DNA from: Pyrinomonadaceae bacterium
GTDB lineage: Bacteria; Acidobacteriota; Blastocatellia; Pyrinomonadales; Pyrinomonadaceae
DNA length: 56,914 nt
Direction: 5' to 3'
Assembly: GCA_035536135.1 (NCBI GenBank)
Contig: DATLOR010000012.1
Location: 1-56,914, forward strand
A model generated the notes under the pieces. The model saw only the letters and a program-made list of their open reading frames with translations. It did not search any database and was not told the DNA's origin. The position numbers and the translations under genes were made by a program. This document shows, piece after piece, positions 18,521-27,402 of the stretch; position 1 is the stretch's first letter, and every line of letters starts with the position of its first letter.

Positions 18521-19903
18521 TTAATGCGCGTGACTTTTTATGATCGCCGGAACTTTTGTTCCCGCGAATTCGACTTTTTCGCCTGTCAGGGTTTGATGAA
18601 TACCCTGCGCCGCGAGTTTGCCCATCTGCGAAGCGTCAACCGCTTCCGCGCCGCCGTTGACGCAGTCGCCGCCCGCGAAAATGCGCGGGTTTGAGGTCTG
18701 CATCAATTCGTTGACCGCAACCCGACCTTTTTCGTCGAACTCGATCCCGATCGATCTGAAAAGCCCGACTTGTTTCTGCTGTCCGATGGCTTTGATGACC
18801 AGATCGCAGTTGATATCAAATTCCAAGCCGTCTTTTTGCAGACGCAGTGTTTCAACGCGCGAATCGCCGCCGACGGCGACGGGCACGGTTTCCCACATAA
18901 ATTCGATGCCGTCTTTTTTCGCCAGCTCGTATTCGTAAGCGTAAGCGGAAATGTCTCTTTCCGTGCGGCGGTAGATCATAAAAACGCGTTCTGCGCCGAG
19001 GCGTTTGGCTTGCGTGACGGCATCGATCGCCGTGTTCCCTGCACCGATCACGGCAACCGTTTTGCCAAGGGGAACCGATTGCCAATCGCGTGTTTTGATC
19101 CGCTCGATAAAATGAAGCGCGTCCATCACGCCGTCCAAGTTTTCGCCTTCGATGTTTAACCTGTTCGTTTCGCCGAGACCGACCGCGAGAAAAACCGCGT
19201 CGTGCTTGCTTAAAATGTCGGAACTATCGGCGACTTTGACAAGGCTGACCTTTTGTTCGCCGGCGAGCGCGGGCGGATTGGACATTACCGCGATTTCCGA
19301 GTTTAATTCAAATTTCACGCCGAGCTTTTCAACTTGCCGGACTTCGTCGAGCGATGTTTTCTGCGGCATTTTATATTCCGCCATACCGTAGGTGTCGAGC
19401 CCGCCCGCGAGCGGTTTGCGCTCGTAAACGGTCACGTCATAACCGAGCCGCGCGAGATATGTCGCGCACGACAAACCCGCCGGACCAGAACCGATAATGC
19501 CGACCGATTTGCCGTTCGGTTCGCCTTTCTGAAAAATCTGCCGTCCCGTTTCGATCGCATAATCGGTCGCATAGCGCTGCAGACGTCCGATCTCGATCGG
19601 CTTGTCCATCAAAGTTTTTTCGACGCACGCGCCTTCGCACAAAACTTCGACGGGACAAACCCGCGCACAACTTGCGCCGATCGGATTCGCGTCAAAAATT
19701 ACCCGCGCCGATCCCGTCAGGTTGCCGCTCGCGATCTTTTTGATAAACGACGGCACGTCAATATGCGTCGGACACGCATGCGCACACGGCGCGTCGTAGC
19801 AGTAAAGACAGCGGTTCGCTTCAAAAACCGCTTCCGCCTGCGACAAAGGCGGATTGATCTCCGCAAAGTTTTTCTCGATTTGTTCGTTTGTAATTTCTGC
19901 CAT
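18521..19903 (-). CDS. preT: NAD-dependent dihydropyrimidine dehydrogenase subunit PreT (GltD-like)
   Basis: ORF track, 460 aa. N-terminal Fe-S Cys clusters: CLYCYDAPCAHACPTHIDV and CARVCPVEVLCEGAC. Dinucleotide folds: VGIIGSGPAGLSCA and VAVIGAGNTAIDA. Confidence 0.9.
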   Translation of the reverse strand: MAEITNEQIEKNFAEINPPLSQAEAVFEANRCLYCYDAPCAHACPTHIDVPSFIKKIASGNLTGSARVIFDANPIGASCARVCPVEVLCEGACVEKTLMDKPIEIGRLQRYATDYAIETGRQIFQKGEPNGKSVGIIGSGPAGLSCATYLARLGYDVTVYERKPLAGGLDTYGMAEYKMPQKTSLDEVRQVEKLGVKFELNSEIAVMSNPPALAGEQKVSLVKVADSSDILSKHDAVFLAVGLGETNRLNIEGENLDGVMDALHFIERIKTRDWQSVPLGKTVAVIGAGNTAIDAVTQAKRLGAERVFMIYRRTERDISAYAYEYELAKKDGIEFMWETVPVAVGGDSRVETLRLQKDGLEFDINCDLVIKAIGQQKQVGLFRSIGIEFDEKGRVAVNELMQTSNPRIFAGGDCVNGGAEAVDASQMGKLAAQGIHQTLTGEKVEFAGTKVPAIIKSHAH

Positions 19904-19906
19904 AAT

Positions 19907-20536
19907 TTATTTATCTTGGTTATTTTGTCCTGCCAGCCGCGCAAGTTCTCTCATAAAATCTTCGGTGCTTATATCGACAGGCGCGTTTTCCGGCTGAACC
20001 GCTTTGATCTCGCCGTCGAATTTGACCTGCGCGGGAATGGAATTAATCAGACTCCAAACCCGTTCGCGGTCTTTGATCAAAGGCGGAATGATCGCTTTCC
20101 CGTCGGCGAAAACGAGTTCCAGCTGATTATCTTCGATTTTGCGGCTGACGCCGCCGGCACGCGTAATTTTTGAAACGTGATCTATGTAGAAAAGGTTTTC
20201 CCACAAAAATCTTTTTCCCATCGAAGATTTTACACCATCCGCGGCGAGCGATTTGACGAATTTCTGCCGCGTAAACATACCGACCAAAACAATAACGAAA
20301 CACGGAAGAAGCAAAATGCCGCTGCACAGAAAAAACCCAAGCCAACCTCCCTCGATTTTTTCAGTCAACATTCTGAGCAGCATCAACGCGATAATCAGCA
20401 GCGGAATACTAAAGAGCAGAGCGTAAACCAAGAGCATTTTCCAGCGTTCGCCGAAAAGAAGTTTGATTTCAAAGGGCTGCGGAAGATTTTGCTTTGCCCA
20501 ATTAACAACCGGCTGGTTATAAAATTGATTTTGCAT
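19907..20536 (-). CDS. membrane protein, unknown function (two TM helices plus soluble C-domain)
   Basis: ORF track, 209 aa. Hydrophobic stretches LLVYALLFSIPLLIIALMLL and GFFLCSGILLLPCFVIVLVGMF. The stop lies 4 nt from the preT start. Confidence 0.7.
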   Translation of the reverse strand: MQNQFYNQPVVNWAKQNLPQPFEIKLLFGERWKMLLVYALLFSIPLLIIALMLLRMLTEKIEGGWLGFFLCSGILLLPCFVIVLVGMFTRQKFVKSLAADGVKSSMGKRFLWENLFYIDHVSKITRAGGVSRKIEDNQLELVFADGKAIIPPLIKDRERVWSLINSIPAQVKFDGEIKAVQPENAPVDISTEDFMRELARLAGQNNQDK

Positions 20537-20569
20537 AAATCGTCTCCTGATTTGAAAAACAAAGTGCTC

Positions 20570-20956
20570 TTAGAGCTCGGCGTCGGCTTCGATTTCGATC
20601 AGCATTTCCGGGTCGATCAATTTTGAAACCTCGACCATCGTCGTCGCCGGCATAATACGGCTGAAAAATTCGCCGTGCGCTCTGCCGTATTCCTCCCACA
20701 GCGAAATGTCCGTAACAAACATCCGCGTACGGACGACATTTTCAAGCGTTGCGCCTAAAGCGTTCAAGGCTTTTTCGATATTTTTGATCGTCTGAACGGT
20801 TTGCGCATAAGCATCGCCGACGCCGACCACCCGGCTGTTTTCATCGGTCGCGGTCGTGCCCGTGACATAAATCCGCGACCCGACCTTGACCGCCCGCGAA
20901 TAGCCGACGATCGATTCCCATTTCGCACCCGAAGAATATTTTTCGCGTTTCTGCAT
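20570..20956 (-). CDS. RidA/YjgF-family enamine/imine deaminase-like protein
   Basis: ORF track, 128 aa. GYSRAVKVGSRIYVTGTTA...VVRTRMFVTD...PATTMVEVSKL is the family pattern. Confidence 0.85.
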   Translation of the reverse strand: MQKREKYSSGAKWESIVGYSRAVKVGSRIYVTGTTATDENSRVVGVGDAYAQTVQTIKNIEKALNALGATLENVVRTRMFVTDISLWEEYGRAHGEFFSRIMPATTMVEVSKLIDPEMLIEIEADAEL

Positions 20957-20960
20957 AAAT

Positions 20961-20995
20961 TTTAGCCGCGGACGAACGCGGATTTCGCGGATTTA
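20961..20995 (+). repeat. REP-like intergenic element, copy a
   Basis: TTTAGCCGCGGACGAACGCGGATTTCGCGGATTTA. Contains the hairpin CCGCG-N6-CGCGG. Confidence 0.75.
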
Positions 20996-20998
20996 ATT

Positions 20999-21244
20999 TT
21001 ACTCGCCGTCATTATGAATTGCCTCGTGCGGACAACACAAAAACGCTTCCTCGCAAAGTGATTCTTCTTCGGCATTTTCAGGTTGCTTGAAAACATATGC
21101 ACCGAAGTCATATAACTCTTCTTCTTTCAAATTAAAGTTGTCAGGTGCAGTGTCAATACAAGCCGCGCACCAGGTGCAGTAATCTTGGTCAACGTAATAT
21201 TTGCCCTTTGCGTTCAACGGATGTTTTCTAATTCCTTCGCTCAT
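20999..21244 (-). CDS. small ferredoxin (single Cys cluster)
   Basis: Lower part of track ORF 20999..21514. Starting at MSEGIRK (ATG 21244) gives 81 aa with CTWCAACID...CCP and avoids overlap with the upstream amidohydrolase. Confidence 0.7.
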   Translation of the reverse strand: MSEGIRKHPLNAKGKYYVDQDYCTWCAACIDTAPDNFNLKEEELYDFGAYVFKQPENAEEESLCEEAFLCCPHEAIHNDGE

Positions 21245-21245
21245 A

Positions 21246-21280
21246 AATCTGCGAAATCCGCGTGTATCCGCGGCTGAAAA
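21246..21280 (-). repeat. REP-like intergenic element, copy b
   Basis: The reverse complement reads TTTTCAGCCGCGGATACACGCGGATTTCGCAGATT. Confidence 0.75.
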
Positions 21281-21281
21281 A

Positions 21282-22151
21282 TCAATCCGCCACGATCGCG
21301 CCGTAAGCATCGGGTCGGCGGTCGCGGTAAAACTGCCAGGTATTGCGGACTTCCTTGATTTTGTCCATATCGAGATCGGCAACGACCAGTTCATCCTGAT
21401 CGCGCGACGCCTCGGCAATGATCTGCCCGCGCGGATCGCAGAAATAGCTCTGCCCGTAAAATTCGCCGATGTTCCACGGTGCTTCCGTCCCGACGCGGTT
21501 GATCGCACCGACAAAATAACCGTTCGCGACGGCGTGCGCGGGCTGCTCCAATTTCCAGAGATATTCCGAAAGTCCGGCGACGGTTGCCGACGGATTAAAG
21601 ATAATTTCCGCGCCGTTTAAGCCTAAACAGCGAGCGCCTTCGGGAAAATGGCGGTCGTAGCAAATATACACGCCGATGCGCGCAAACGCCGTATCGAAAC
21701 ACGGATAACCCAAGTTGCCGGGACGAAAATAGAATTTTTCCCAGAATCCGGGCGCCACGTGCGGAATATGCGTCTTGCGGTATTTGCCCAAATATTTTCC
21801 GTCGGCATCGATCACGGCGGCAGTATTGTAATAAACGCCCGAGATTTCTTCCTCGTAGATCGGCACGACCAAAACCATTCCCTTTTCTTTGGCGACCGAC
21901 TGCATCATCTGCACCGTTTTGCCGTCGGGAACTTTTTCGACCGCTTCATACCAGCGCGTCTGCTGTTCGGCGCAGAAATACGGCGTCGTAAAAATCTCCT
22001 GAAAACAGAGCATCTGCACGCCCTTTGCCGCCGCGTCTTCGACCATTTTCATCTGATGTTCGATGTTCGCCTTCTTAATTTCCTCGATCGGCGCATTCAC
22101 ATCGCCGACATTGTGCGCCTGAATCAAGCCGCATTTTATTATTCTCGACAT
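21282..22151 (-). CDS. beta-ureidopropionase / N-carbamoyl-beta-alanine amidohydrolase (nitrilase superfamily)
   Basis: ORF track, 289 aa. Carbon-nitrogen hydrolase motifs: LCFQEIF (Glu), YRKTHIP (Lys), GVYICYDRHFPE (Cys). Confidence 0.85.
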   Translation of the reverse strand: MSRIIKCGLIQAHNVGDVNAPIEEIKKANIEHQMKMVEDAAAKGVQMLCFQEIFTTPYFCAEQQTRWYEAVEKVPDGKTVQMMQSVAKEKGMVLVVPIYEEEISGVYYNTAAVIDADGKYLGKYRKTHIPHVAPGFWEKFYFRPGNLGYPCFDTAFARIGVYICYDRHFPEGARCLGLNGAEIIFNPSATVAGLSEYLWKLEQPAHAVANGYFVGAINRVGTEAPWNIGEFYGQSYFCDPRGQIIAEASRDQDELVVADLDMDKIKEVRNTWQFYRDRRPDAYGAIVAD

Positions 22152-22168
22152 AGTTTTTCCTCTTTTTA

Positions 22169-22205
22169 TTTTAGCCGCGGATGAACGCGGATTTCGCTGA
22201 TTTTA
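22169..22205 (+). repeat. REP-like intergenic element, copy c
   Basis: TTTTAGCCGCGGATGAACGCGGATTTCGCTGATTTT. Confidence 0.75.
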
Positions 22206-22259
22206 TTTGATTTGTAAATTTTAGAACTTGGATTTTAGCAAATAAAGGAATCTTTTTCC

Positions 22260-22294
22260 TATCCGCGTTCGTCCTCGGTTCATCCGCGGCTAAA
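22260..22294 (-). repeat. REP-like intergenic element, copy d (inverted relative to c)
   Basis: The reverse complement reads TTTAGCCGCGGATGAACCGAGGACGAACGCGGAT. Copies c and d bracket about 55 bp of AT-rich spacer. Confidence 0.75.
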
Positions 22295-23377
22295 TTATTT
22301 TCCGCTAAATCTCAAATCGTCAATCACAACATTATTTTTTACTTCTAAAACCTTGCGCGTCCAGCGGATATTCGGGACGGCAAATTTGATCTCTGTCGGC
22401 AATTTTACGCCGCCGAAATCTTTGTAATCAATGTAATCGACCTGATATGGAAAGAAACCTAAAACGGTCAGCGTTGAAGCGACGCGGCGGACGAGCAAAC
22501 CGCTCGCCGCGTCGAAATACAATCTTTCGCGCTGATTATCGGCGGTCGTTGCCGAAATCACCAGAACTTCGCGCCCGTCGATTTTATCGACAAAACGAAA
22601 ATCCATCTTCTGATAGATCGCTTTCAGATTCGGATTGGCAAAAACCTGGGCTTCACGCCTGATCTGTTCAACTTCGTCGGCTTTCAGAATGATTTCGTCT
22701 TTGTTTCCGCGCTTCCAAGCCGTTTTGCCGTCAAAACTTTCGGTGACTGTGTAATCGCCGTTTTCTTTTGACGGGTAAGTTGTTTGAACCAACATTTTAT
22801 CAGATTTTTGCAAAACTTCTTCCGATTCAAAGGTCTTGCCGTCCGGCTCGACGCGCTGCGCTTTGATCTGGCGCGAAGTGATTTTCGCCAAATTCGCACG
22901 TCCGCCGAGCGCGGTTTCGTATTTCGCCAGAATCTCTTCGACCGTCGGTTTTTTCTCGGGTTGAACGGGACGCGTCTCCTGAACGACGGGCATCAAAGGA
23001 ACGGTCGCCTGCGGGTGCGATTTGCCCTGATGACACGAATTACAGTTGATTTCCGGTCGTCCTTCAAAATAATTCTTGTTCATTTCAAAGGTCATTTTGA
23101 GCATCTGCCGCGCCGCGTCTTTATGCTCAAAACCTTCTTTTTCATAATCGCCGTCGTTCGAAGCGTGACAAAATTTACAGTTCACGCCTAAAGAAGCCGC
23201 CATCATATTCATCACTTTGCCCATCTGGTCGGCAGGCATCTCGTTCAAAACCTTGATGCTTTTGAATTTCTGTCCGGCAGTTTCGCTTTTCGTCTGCGTA
23301 TTTCCTGTGGTGACAAGAAAAACACACGCGAAAAGTGCAAATATAAAAACGGTGATGACTTTGAGTTTTGTTTTCAT
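22295..23377 (-). CDS. secreted dihaem c-type cytochrome (reaction-centre cytochrome-c-like N-domain) plus beta-rich C-domain
   Basis: ORF track, 360 aa. Signal peptide present. Two CXXCH motifs: CKFCH and CNSCH. Confidence 0.75.
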   Translation of the reverse strand: MKTKLKVITVFIFALFACVFLVTTGNTQTKSETAGQKFKSIKVLNEMPADQMGKVMNMMAASLGVNCKFCHASNDGDYEKEGFEHKDAARQMLKMTFEMNKNYFEGRPEINCNSCHQGKSHPQATVPLMPVVQETRPVQPEKKPTVEEILAKYETALGGRANLAKITSRQIKAQRVEPDGKTFESEEVLQKSDKMLVQTTYPSKENGDYTVTESFDGKTAWKRGNKDEIILKADEVEQIRREAQVFANPNLKAIYQKMDFRFVDKIDGREVLVISATTADNQRERLYFDAASGLLVRRVASTLTVLGFFPYQVDYIDYKDFGGVKLPTEIKFAVPNIRWTRKVLEVKNNVVIDDLRFSGK

Positions 23378-23381
23378 TATT

Positions 23382-23963
23382 TTATTCGATTTTTTTTCCG
23401 GTCGTCAGGTCAAACGTCTGCAGAACACTGATTCGAATATAATTTGCAGATTCGTCTTCCTCGTCCCAACCGTAATCATACATATCAATTGCGTCTTTCA
23501 AACTTTGATTTTCGGGAAGTACAATAGATCCAAATCTATCATCTCTTTTGACAATTCCTTTTTCGGCTTCGGATAAATCCAGATACTGAATTTTATATGT
23601 GCTGTCGTCGCCCCAAACACAACCGGCGACAAAACCGAACGGATAATGCTCTCCGGTTTTCAAAGCCGGAACAAAATAATCCACCGGACAAAAGCCGTAA
23701 GAATGAGCTTCTTCACCGCCGATGTCTCTGCACGAAGGCAGTTCCATAATCCGGGTGACAGTATAATCGGGCGAATAAAGCGCGAAATCTTTGCCGTTTT
23801 TTTGAAAATGGAAGAAAGTGTCGAAAAAGGACAAATAATTTCGTTCATATTCGCCGATTAATTCTTTTTTCTCATCTTCCAGCTTAAAGACACCAATTCT
23901 TCGACCATATTTTAGTGCTGAAGTCGAATTAAGTTCGCCCAAAATTTCAGCAGTATATTTCAT
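23382..23963 (-). CDS. hypothetical protein
   Basis: ORF track, 193 aa. Tightly packed between neighbours (gaps of 1 nt and 4 nt), AT-richer, no motif recognised. Confidence 0.65.
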   Translation of the reverse strand: MKYTAEILGELNSTSALKYGRRIGVFKLEDEKKELIGEYERNYLSFFDTFFHFQKNGKDFALYSPDYTVTRIMELPSCRDIGGEEAHSYGFCPVDYFVPALKTGEHYPFGFVAGCVWGDDSTYKIQYLDLSEAEKGIVKRDDRFGSIVLPENQSLKDAIDMYDYGWDEEDESANYIRISVLQTFDLTTGKKIE

Positions 23964-23964
23964 T

Positions 23965-25428
23965 TTAAGACATCCAGTTAACGCCCGCTTCGGCGTTCCA
24001 TTTGGTTGTCGTTTTCTTTAATTTCGTCCAGAATTCGATCGACGATTTGCCCGTGATATCGTTGGCACCGAAACGCGATTCGTTCCAGCCGCCGAATGAA
24101 AACGGCTCACGCGGAACGGGAACGCCGATGTTGACGCCGATCATTCCGGCGCTCGCGTGCTCCATCACGTAGCGCGCCGCGCCGCCCGATTGCGTGAAGA
24201 CGCTCGCCGCGTTGCCGTACGGATTGGCGTTTTCGATTCGAAGGGCTTCGTCCAAGTTTTCGGTGCGCATGATCGAGATCACCGGACCGAAAATTTCTTC
24301 GGTCGCAACGCTCATTTCGGGCGTTACGAAATCGATCACCGTCGGTCCGACATAAGTTCCGTTTTCCTTGCCTTCGACAACCGCGCCGCGTCCGTCAACG
24401 AGAATTTTCGCGCCCGCGCTTTCGGCTTCCGAAATGTAATTTTCGATGCGTTCTTTCGCCGCTTTGGAAATTACCGCGCCGAGGTTTTTGCCCGGAACGA
24501 CCTTTTTCGCTTCAACACAAATTTGGTCAATGATGGAATTGACATCGCCGACCGCAAGCATCGCCGAAGCCGCCATACAGCGTTGTCCCGCGCAGCCCGA
24601 CATCGAAGCCGTGACGTTCGAAGCCGTCATCTGCGGATTCGCGTCGGGCAGCACGAACAGATGGTTTTTTGCGCCGCCGAGCGCGATACAGCGTTTCAGA
24701 TTGTGCGTCGATTGCTGGTAAACGAGTTTTGCAACATGCGTTGAACCGACAAAACTGACGGCTTCGATATCCGCATGAGCGCAGATGCCTTCGACGATTT
24801 CACGACCGCCGTTGATGACATTGAAAACGCCGTCCGGAAGTCCGGCTTCCTTCAAAAGTTCCGCCATTTTAACGACCGAAAGCGGCACGAGTTCCGAAGG
24901 CTTCATAATCATCGTGTTGCCGAGAACAAGCGCGTTCGGCATCGTCCAGTTCGGGACCATCAGCGGAAAATTAAACGGGACGATCGAAGCGACGACGCCC
25001 AAAGGAAAATGTTCCGTACGGCATTCGACGCCCTTTGAAACTTCCAGAATCTCCCCCGAAACAAGCTGCGGCATCGAACAGGCAAACTCCGTCAGTTCGA
25101 TCGCTTTTTCGACTTCCGCTTTTGCTTCATCGTAAGTTTTACCGTTTTCTTCCGAAACCAGATTCGTCAGCTCGTCCAAATCTCTTTCGAGCAGGGCGCG
25201 ATAGCGAAAAAACACCTGCACGCGCTCTTTGATCGGCATTTTGCTCCACGCATCAAAGGCATTTTTCGCCGATTGCACGGCGGCGTTCAATTCATCTGTT
25301 GTTGACATCGGAACCTTTGAGAGCAAATTTCCGTCAACCGGCGACACGACATCCAAGCTTTCCGTCGCATTGCTTTCATGGAAAGCGCCGTTGTAATAAT
25401 TCTTAACTTTTTCGTATTTCATACTCAT
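23965..25428 (-). CDS. mmsA: CoA-acylating methylmalonate/malonate-semialdehyde dehydrogenase
   Basis: ORF track, 487 aa. Aldehyde dehydrogenase fold with the subfamily hallmark SGCAGQRCMAAS around the catalytic Cys. Confidence 0.88.
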   Translation of the reverse strand: MSMKYEKVKNYYNGAFHESNATESLDVVSPVDGNLLSKVPMSTTDELNAAVQSAKNAFDAWSKMPIKERVQVFFRYRALLERDLDELTNLVSEENGKTYDEAKAEVEKAIELTEFACSMPQLVSGEILEVSKGVECRTEHFPLGVVASIVPFNFPLMVPNWTMPNALVLGNTMIMKPSELVPLSVVKMAELLKEAGLPDGVFNVINGGREIVEGICAHADIEAVSFVGSTHVAKLVYQQSTHNLKRCIALGGAKNHLFVLPDANPQMTASNVTASMSGCAGQRCMAASAMLAVGDVNSIIDQICVEAKKVVPGKNLGAVISKAAKERIENYISEAESAGAKILVDGRGAVVEGKENGTYVGPTVIDFVTPEMSVATEEIFGPVISIMRTENLDEALRIENANPYGNAASVFTQSGGAARYVMEHASAGMIGVNIGVPVPREPFSFGGWNESRFGANDITGKSSIEFWTKLKKTTTKWNAEAGVNWMS

Positions 25429-25475
25429 TAAATAAATTTGCTTGTAATTTTCGGCAAATGCAAGCAGTTTCGTGC

Positions 25476-27308
25476 TTATTTCGGATTGGAAACCGCAAAA
25501 ATTCCCGACGATTGAAATCGGCTGTCGAGACGGCGGTTTGAGCCGAAAACGAGATAGCCGCCGTTTCTCGACATCGCGGGCGGGCTGACGGTCGAATCGG
25601 TTTCGGTTGAAACGGCGGAAGTTTTATTTTCCGCCAGCGATCTGAGTATAATATTGCCGCCCAGATTTGTCGCTTTTGTGCTGAAGGCGACGAGATTTCC
25701 GTCGTATGAAATGGCGATTTTTTCGCCCTGACCGACGGGGCTGTCGCCGTTTCCCTGTTTGCCTTCCGCGCCGCCGCTCATTCGCACGACTTTGCCCGAA
25801 TCAACTTCGACAACGAAAACATCCTGTAATTTGTTGGTATCGTCCGAAACCATATTCGTCGCCGTCGTCGCAAACGCGACGTAGCGCCCGTTGCCGGAAA
25901 TCGCGGGCGCAACGACGCGGCTCGCGCTTTCGTCGCCCTGATCTTTTTCGCCGCCCGACGCGGTTTTGCTGATTCGTTTGAGCTTCGGCATTCCGCTCTG
26001 CCAGACGTAGATGTCCCAGAGATCGTTTTTGTCTTCCTCGGTCAGCGGAAAATAATTGTAAAACGCAATGCGCGATCCGTCTTCGGAGATCGACGGGCGC
26101 GAACCACCGCCGCCTTTCCCGTCTTTTTCTTTTTTGCTGATGAGCGTCACCGCGCCGCTTCGCATATCTCTCAAAAAGACATTGACGGTCGAAGTTCCCG
26201 ACACGCCGAAAGCCAGATTATCGGCGGAAGACGTAAAAGCGATCAAATTTCCGTCCGCCGAAATGGTCGGTTCAAAGCATTCGGAATTTGCCTCGATGCC
26301 GCGGTTTTCGCTGACGGCGGTAACGCTGTTGCGGTCGTAATTCCAAACGAAAACATCGCGGGTGCTGTTCGAATCAACGGGGACGAGATTCGTCGCGTAG
26401 GATTCGAAGGCGACCGATTTTCCGTCCGCCGAGATCGCCGGCGCGACACTGTTTTGATTGCCTTCCGCGCCGTTCATACCCTGACTGACGAGCCGCGTTT
26501 CGCCGGTTTTCCGGTCGCGCCAGACGATTTGACGATATTTTCCGCTGCCGCCCAACCCGACCGTGTATGTGACAAATGCGATATAACGACCTTCGTCCGC
26601 GCCGCTACCACCGATGACGGGCGTGAAGGTTTCGTAAAATGTGCCGAAAATCTTATCGTCGGAACTGCGGCTGACGAGATCAATGTTTTTGAAAGAAGTC
26701 GGCGAAGTCGGCGGAGTTTCGATCGGATTTTTACCGCAATCGGCTTTGACGATGAGCGGCGTGTTCGGCACAACGCCCTGACTTAAAGTCATCTTGCACT
26801 GGCGCGGTCCGCTCGTTTGCGTAATGCTGTAATCGTCGCCGACCGGATAGCCGCCCAGGTTTGCGGTCGTCGAAAACGGGTATTGATACCTTCGCCGGTA
26901 ATTATCGGCAAAATTGAAAATCTCGCCCTGCTCGATTCCCTTGACTTCCAATTTGAAGATCGAAAACGGCGGCGAGCCGCAATTAGCCGTGATGACAATA
27001 TCCTGACTGGCGAATGTTCCGCGCTCTTGATTAAAAAAATTACAGGTTCGCGGTCCCGACACCTGAGAGATCGAATAAGTCTGCCCGGCGGAAAATTTCG
27101 GCGTGAAATAAACTGTCGGGTTATCGTGATTCAAAACGATCTTCTGCCCGCCGCCGATCGTAAATTCAAACTGTTCCTTGTTTGAAAAAAGACTGCTGCC
27201 GTAGGCGATTCCCAACCGAAACTGACCCGTCTCCTGGGCGGAAATATCCAAAGCATTGAAAAAAATAAATGTCAGAATCAATACGGAAACATTTAATAAT
27301 TTGATCAT
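25476..27308 (-). CDS. secreted protein: two small N-terminal beta domains plus PD40/TolB-like beta-propeller
   Basis: ORF track lists 25476..27347. The start MIKLLNVSVLILTFIFFNALDISAQE lies at 27308. Repeated blades of the form SxDG..(V/I)AF.S.A.NLV, and two ...SGPR.C...CG domains. Confidence 0.8.
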   Translation of the reverse strand: MIKLLNVSVLILTFIFFNALDISAQETGQFRLGIAYGSSLFSNKEQFEFTIGGGQKIVLNHDNPTVYFTPKFSAGQTYSISQVSGPRTCNFFNQERGTFASQDIVITANCGSPPFSIFKLEVKGIEQGEIFNFADNYRRRYQYPFSTTANLGGYPVGDDYSITQTSGPRQCKMTLSQGVVPNTPLIVKADCGKNPIETPPTSPTSFKNIDLVSRSSDDKIFGTFYETFTPVIGGSGADEGRYIAFVTYTVGLGGSGKYRQIVWRDRKTGETRLVSQGMNGAEGNQNSVAPAISADGKSVAFESYATNLVPVDSNSTRDVFVWNYDRNSVTAVSENRGIEANSECFEPTISADGNLIAFTSSADNLAFGVSGTSTVNVFLRDMRSGAVTLISKKEKDGKGGGGSRPSISEDGSRIAFYNYFPLTEEDKNDLWDIYVWQSGMPKLKRISKTASGGEKDQGDESASRVVAPAISGNGRYVAFATTATNMVSDDTNKLQDVFVVEVDSGKVVRMSGGAEGKQGNGDSPVGQGEKIAISYDGNLVAFSTKATNLGGNIILRSLAENKTSAVSTETDSTVSPPAMSRNGGYLVFGSNRRLDSRFQSSGIFAVSNPK

Positions 27309-27402
27309 CCTGTCCTCTCTGAACTTTATTCCGAAGTCTGTTTTCATTCTGTCTTGTTCCGCCTCTTTAAACGGCTGACTTTCTTATTTTTCCATCGGAA
27401 AA

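Noticed and set aside
20999-21514. 171-aa form of the ferredoxin ORF
   Set aside because: The upstream 90 codons overlap the 3' end of the well-supported beta-ureidopropionase gene in another frame and run through a REP-like element. The 81-aa form starting at 21244 is retained.
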